Source of the DNA: Lama guanicoe
Lineage: Eukaryota
Reading direction: 5' to 3'
DNA length: 20,000 bases
Assembly (NCBI GenBank): GCA_013239625.1
Contig: MU053881.1
Coordinates: 3,719,565-3,739,564 of the forward strand
The position numbers and the translations under genes were made by a program. This document shows, one piece after another, positions 15,721 to 20,000 of this stretch; positions within the stretch are counted from its first letter, which is position 1; each line of letters begins with the position of its first letter. The notes below the pieces were generated by a model. The model had not been told where the DNA came from, did no database searches, and was given only the letters and a program-made list of their open reading frames with translations.

Positions 15721-16479
15721 ATGAGCCCATGGGTATAAAACTCGGGGAGCAGCTTGTCCCCTCCTGTCCCCTGGTGCTGGTCTCCTGTGTGAGAAGGGAA
15801 AAATGTTCCTGACTCAGCAGATGAGGAGGCTGGGAGGGAACTCCGTGGATCATGGTGAATGACACAATCAGAGCTGACCTGGGTGGTGTGCACAATTTCG
15901 AAGAGGCTTATGAACCTTACACTTGCTAAGAATCCTCGGGGCTTTCGGGCAGCCCAAGGGAGCTTTGCCCTGTGGTGGCGCAGCCCTTCCCAGAGAAAGA
16001 ATTTCAGGGAATCCCTGGACCAGGTGTGAAGTAACAAGAAAGTGATGCCCTTTGCAGTGATCTGATAATCCTCCCATTATACTCAGGGGACCGTCTTGGT
16101 CCAGCTTTGGTACCTCGGCACTGCTGGCTAACATCTCGTGGACAAAGCACCAGGCTTCAGTCTTCAGGGGGGAGCAGCAACGAGCCAGGTTAGAGCGACA
16201 TAGTTTTGCTTCCCCTCTGTTTATTTTCAGAGTGAACCCATCTATGGTTGATGAAGAGCCCTGCGATATAAATTCCCCTTTACGAATCATTTTCTTGTTG
16301 TCGCTGTTGTTTTAAAACGAGAGTTGATTTAAAGTTAAACGTGAATTAACTCATCCTCCCGTTGGTATTGGGATAAGGCCGATGATCATAATGATTGTTC
16401 TTCAACAGGGGAGCCAGTGGTGTAGGCAGGATGCCTGCGTCTCAGGTTAGCACTGATTGACAGAAGCGAGCACTGCCTT

Positions 16480-16700
16480 TCCAACAGCACCAAACCGGGT
16501 TGGATTCCTGCTCCACCTCCTCCTAGCGGGGTGGCCTTAGGCAAGTTGCCTCCCCTCTCTGGACTTTGGATTCCTTATCTGTAAAGCTAGGGGGTGGTGA
16601 TCCTGCTGAGTTTCTAGGTTTGCAGCGAGAATCTACTCCAGAGATAATAGGTAGATGGCCATACCGCACTGGAGATAGGGAGCTGTTAGTATTATTAGTA
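16480..16700 (+). mobile_element. MIR element
   Basis: gggttggattcctgctccacc...gtggccttaggcaagttgcc...ctctctggactttggattccttatctgtaaa...tgttagtattatta. Confidence 0.7.
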
Positions 16701-17869
16701 AACAATGAAGGGGAGAGTTTGGTCAAAACACTAGCTTATTTACCCCAGACTCGGTTATCTGCTAGTTTAGTAGTAATTGTAAAAAAATGGGAGCTCAGGG
16801 GAAACCTGAGTTCTCTTTAAAAATCACTTACCCTGGTTACGCAGCTCCATCTCAGTGTCCGCACACGCAGACGGTCCAGCACACACTTCCACGATATTCA
16901 CAGAACTTCATTCTACTCTGTAGGCAAAATTAAGATGCCGAGAAGTTGCAAATAAGGCAGAAAATGTTTTCCTTTGTCTTTTTCATAAATGATTAAACAC
17001 ATTGCCTGATCTGTCCTTTTTTTCCCCTACCTTTCATCCTTCCTCCGCTTCCCTCCCGTCCTCCCTCTGTGTCTTCCTCCTCTTCTGTGTGCTGAGTTAG
17101 TGCTGCACCTGGAAAACAGACGTTACCCAGGCAGCTTCCTGAGAAGTTCCGAAGAGTCTCCCACTCTAGTGCCAAGACAGCCTTATTATCAAGCACCCCG
17201 TTACCCCATACTGATGTCAAAACTACTGCCCCAAAGCCAGATTCATCTCGCAGGATGCTTTTCCTTCACTGTTACAAGTGTGGTCCTGAAGGCCTCTTCT
17301 GAAACCTCTGAATATGTTGCCAAAATATTTAAAAATCAGGAGACTTTCGCTTGACATCTGGAATTCTGGCTTCTCTGTGTCAGTCTGCAGGTGACTGGCC
17401 CCAGCAAGCACTGTTTTTGTTTGTTTGTTTTTGTTTTTGCTTTTTTTTTGGTGATGGGACATGCCTTCTCCAGGCCTCCCCGGCCAGTGTGCACACCCTA
17501 CGATGACACATAATGGGATGTGTTTCCTGAAGGTTCAGGGGACATGTGGGATGGTGGGGTGCCCAGACAAGGACTGCCCGCTCCATCTTGGGTGTCGGGG
17601 CAAGGCTACTGGAGGAAGTGACATTTGGAAGGAGCCATGAAGGATGTTGCCAGGTTGAGAAGGGGAGAGAGTTGCTGGCAAAATGGACAGAATGTGAAAA
17701 GGGATAAGAGCTGGAATGACCTGTGACCTGTGTGTTTATGTCAAGAGGCCAGAGAGAAGGCAGGGGTGGGGTGGAGGACGAAGGAGGAAGGCTGGGGAAA
17801 GGGTGGCAGAGGGGAGCTGGAGAGTCATGATGAAGGGTTTTTCTTCTTCGCCGTTCCTTCCTTTTCTTT

Positions 17870-18369
17870 CTGTCATCTTTTATTAAATTCTTCCTTTATA
17901 ATTTCAAAAGTAATCCGTATTCATGATAACCAGTGAACAATTCCAAGGTATGTAAGCAATGAATAACCTCTCTCATTCTTTTTGCATCAACATAACTCTT
18001 GTATCTCCTTAGACACTCCTAATTCTATCCAAACACAAAATAGCATACAGAAGACTGGACACTGATGGTGTTTTGTGTGCATGTGTGTGTGTGCGCCTCT
18101 ATCTGTGTAATGATCTGTGTAACTTGCTTTCTTGTCTAATTCATATTACAGACATATCAGGTCAATCTAATTCATTCTTCTTCTGTTTCATAGTAGGGGT
18201 ATACTAGAATTCATTTAACCATTTCCTTAGTGATGGACATTTTTTCTGCCAAATTTTGCCTACTGCCAAAAATTCTTGAAAAAAAAATCCTTGCAAACCT
18301 TCATATTTACTCTCTTTAAAGTTATTATTTCTGAAACTGTGATTGCTGGAGCCAAGGGTGTATATAGTT
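17870..18369 (-). mobile_element. Old, degraded L1M(E)-like fragment, part 1 (left boundary approximate)
   Basis: tttaaccatttccttagtgatggacattt and gattgctggagccaagggtgtata resemble antisense L1M 3' sequence. Confidence 0.6.
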
Positions 18370-19029
18370 TTTTCTCAAATTCCCAGTTTACGCCTCCTCC
18401 TCTCCCCACTTTGGTAACCATAAGAATTATTTCTGTCTGTGAGTCTGTTTCTTATTCTGTAAATAAGTTCATTTGTCTCATTTTTCTAGATGTCACATAT
18501 AAATGATATCATATAGTATTTGTCTTTTTCTATCTGACTTACTTAGTATAATCGTCCGTGTGTCCATCCATGTTGCTGCAAAGGCATTATTTTTTTGGCT
18601 GAGTAATATTCCACTGTATAAATATAGCACAACTTCTTTATCCAGTCATCTGTGAATGGAAATTTAGGTTGCTTCCATGTCTTGACTACTGTAAACAGTG
18701 CTGCTGTGGACACTGGGGTGCAGATGTCTTTTCAAATTAGAGTTTTCTCTGGATATATGCCCAGGAGTGGGATTGCTGGATCTTAGGGTAACTATTTTCA
18801 GTTTTTTAAGGAACCTCCATACTGTTCTCCATAGTGGCTACACCAATTTACATTCCCACCAGCAGCGTAGGAGGGCTCCCTTTTCTCCACCCCCTCTCCA
18901 GCATTTATTATTTGTAAGCTTTTTGATGGTGGCCATTCTGACTGGTGTGACCTCCTTCTGACCTCACTGTAGTCTTGATTTGCATTTCTCTAATAATTAG
19001 CAATGTCGAGCATCTTTTCAAGAGCCTGT
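18370..19029 (-). mobile_element. LINE-1 3' fragment (3' UTR plus end of ORF2), younger subfamily
   Basis: Antisense L1 hallmarks: ttggtaaccataag, ccatccatgttgctgcaaa, gggattgctggatc, ccatactgttctccatagtggctacaccaatttacattcccaccagcag, ttgatttgcatttctctaataattag. Confidence 0.9.
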
Positions 19030-19190
19030 AAGATGTGTGTATTCTTAATCTGAACAGATATTGCCAAATTATTTTCAAAACACCCCTTTCTGGTGCACAC
19101 TTGCACTAGCAGCATTCTTTTCTCCCCCAGCTCTGCTAGAACTCGATAGCATTGCTCTGGTTTAATTTCTGCTGTTTTTTGGAGAGTTTT
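19030..19190 (-). mobile_element. Old L1M(E)-like fragment, part 2 (continuation after the nested L1)
   Basis: gatattgccaaattattttcaaaa...tgcacacttgcactagcagc continues the old L1 pattern interrupted at about 18369. Confidence 0.55.
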
Positions 19191-19717
19191 TTGAGGAGAG
19201 TAATAGAGTTCTGTACCCATTTGAGAAGCTCTCTGGGGGAGCATTCTGGAAAATAGGGAGGTGGGGGAAATGCAGGAAGCAACAGGACCATGAGGAGGCT
19301 GTTGCAGGTTGGTTGTGTGAAGAGGGGAGCCACAGTGGGAATGGGACGACGAGGAGGGAATCGAGAGGTAAGTGGTGAAGAAGCAGAGATGCTGGTTAGC
19401 ACATCCCAGGCCTAAAGTGGTACCCTGCCGGATCTCAGGTCTGACTGTGCCTAAGGAGCTGGAGTGTAGCCTGTCCCCTGCTGTTCCTCATGTTCCTAGT
19501 GGCCGGTCACCCCAAGATTCCTGTCCTCCAAGTTCAGCTTCAATAGCCTCACACGTCTGGAGTCCTGGGCCAGAGCAGCAGGCCCCTTAGAAGTACAGTC
19601 TCGCTCCATCATGCTCAGAATCTGGGTGGGTGGTGGGCAGGGTGGGGCTGGGCAAGGCGGGTGGACAGACAGACACGCTTCTGTGCAGGGCAAACCTGGG
19701 AGCCAGCCTTGCCAATT

Positions 19718-19994
19718 AAATCACTGGTGACTTCACAAAGCAGCTTGCTAATTAGCAGCGCTGTTTCCTCTAATCCTCACTGATTTGCTTTTTAACCTAT
19801 GTGGCACCTGGCGACAGGTGTGTCAGAAGCTGCAACCACAAAATTCTAAGGCTTACGTTCCTAGAAAAGTCCAAAATCACTGGTCACAAAGCAGCTTGCT
19901 AATTAGCAGCGCTGTTTCCTCTAATCCTCACTGATTTGCTTTTTAACCTATGTGGCACCTGGCGACAGGTGTGTCAGAAGCTGCAACCACAAAA
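19718..19994. repeat. Direct duplication with identical 111-bp cores (19733-19843 and 19884-19994)
   Basis: Cores are base-for-base identical at offset 151. Both are preceded by aaatcactgg (19718 and 19874), with a 5-bp indel between that flank and the core; unique 30-bp spacer at 19844-19873. Confidence 0.97.
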
Positions 19995-20000
19995 CAAAAT

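Noticed and set aside
18698..18961. 87-aa ORF
   Set aside because: Antisense translation of an L1 fragment.
19733..19994. CRISPR-like repeat-spacer-repeat or LTR pair
   Set aside because: Mammalian DNA with only two 111-bp copies, no cas genes, and no TG...CA termini or internal region.

Overview
Mammalian genomic DNA containing the complete MSX2 (msh homeobox 2) gene on the minus strand. It has two coding exons (7294-6916, 379 bp; 3051-2627, 425 bp) joined by a canonical 3864-bp GT-AG intron, giving an intact 267-aa protein with an eh1 motif and a Q50 Msx homeodomain. A Vic-1-type tRNA-derived SINE suggests a camelid. The window also holds an AU-rich 3' UTR with several poly(A) signals, three CpG islands (downstream, promoter/exon 1, about 3.5 kb upstream) and a match to the known Msx2 BMP-responsive element. 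Repeats include a (TA)n microsatellite, many MIR/L2 relics and a nested L1. I found no new protein-coding system; the other ORFs are GC-rich shadow or repeat ORFs. The most unusual observations are cis-regulatory. One is a perfect 111-bp duplication of a motif-dense, enhancer-like module about 12.5 kb upstream (RUNX, TAATTA palindrome, TAATCC, paired E-boxes). The other is a diverged 2x41-bp tandem repeat of TALE/homeodomain sites next to the BMP element. All comparisons with human, mouse and repeat consensus sequences are from memory, not from searches.
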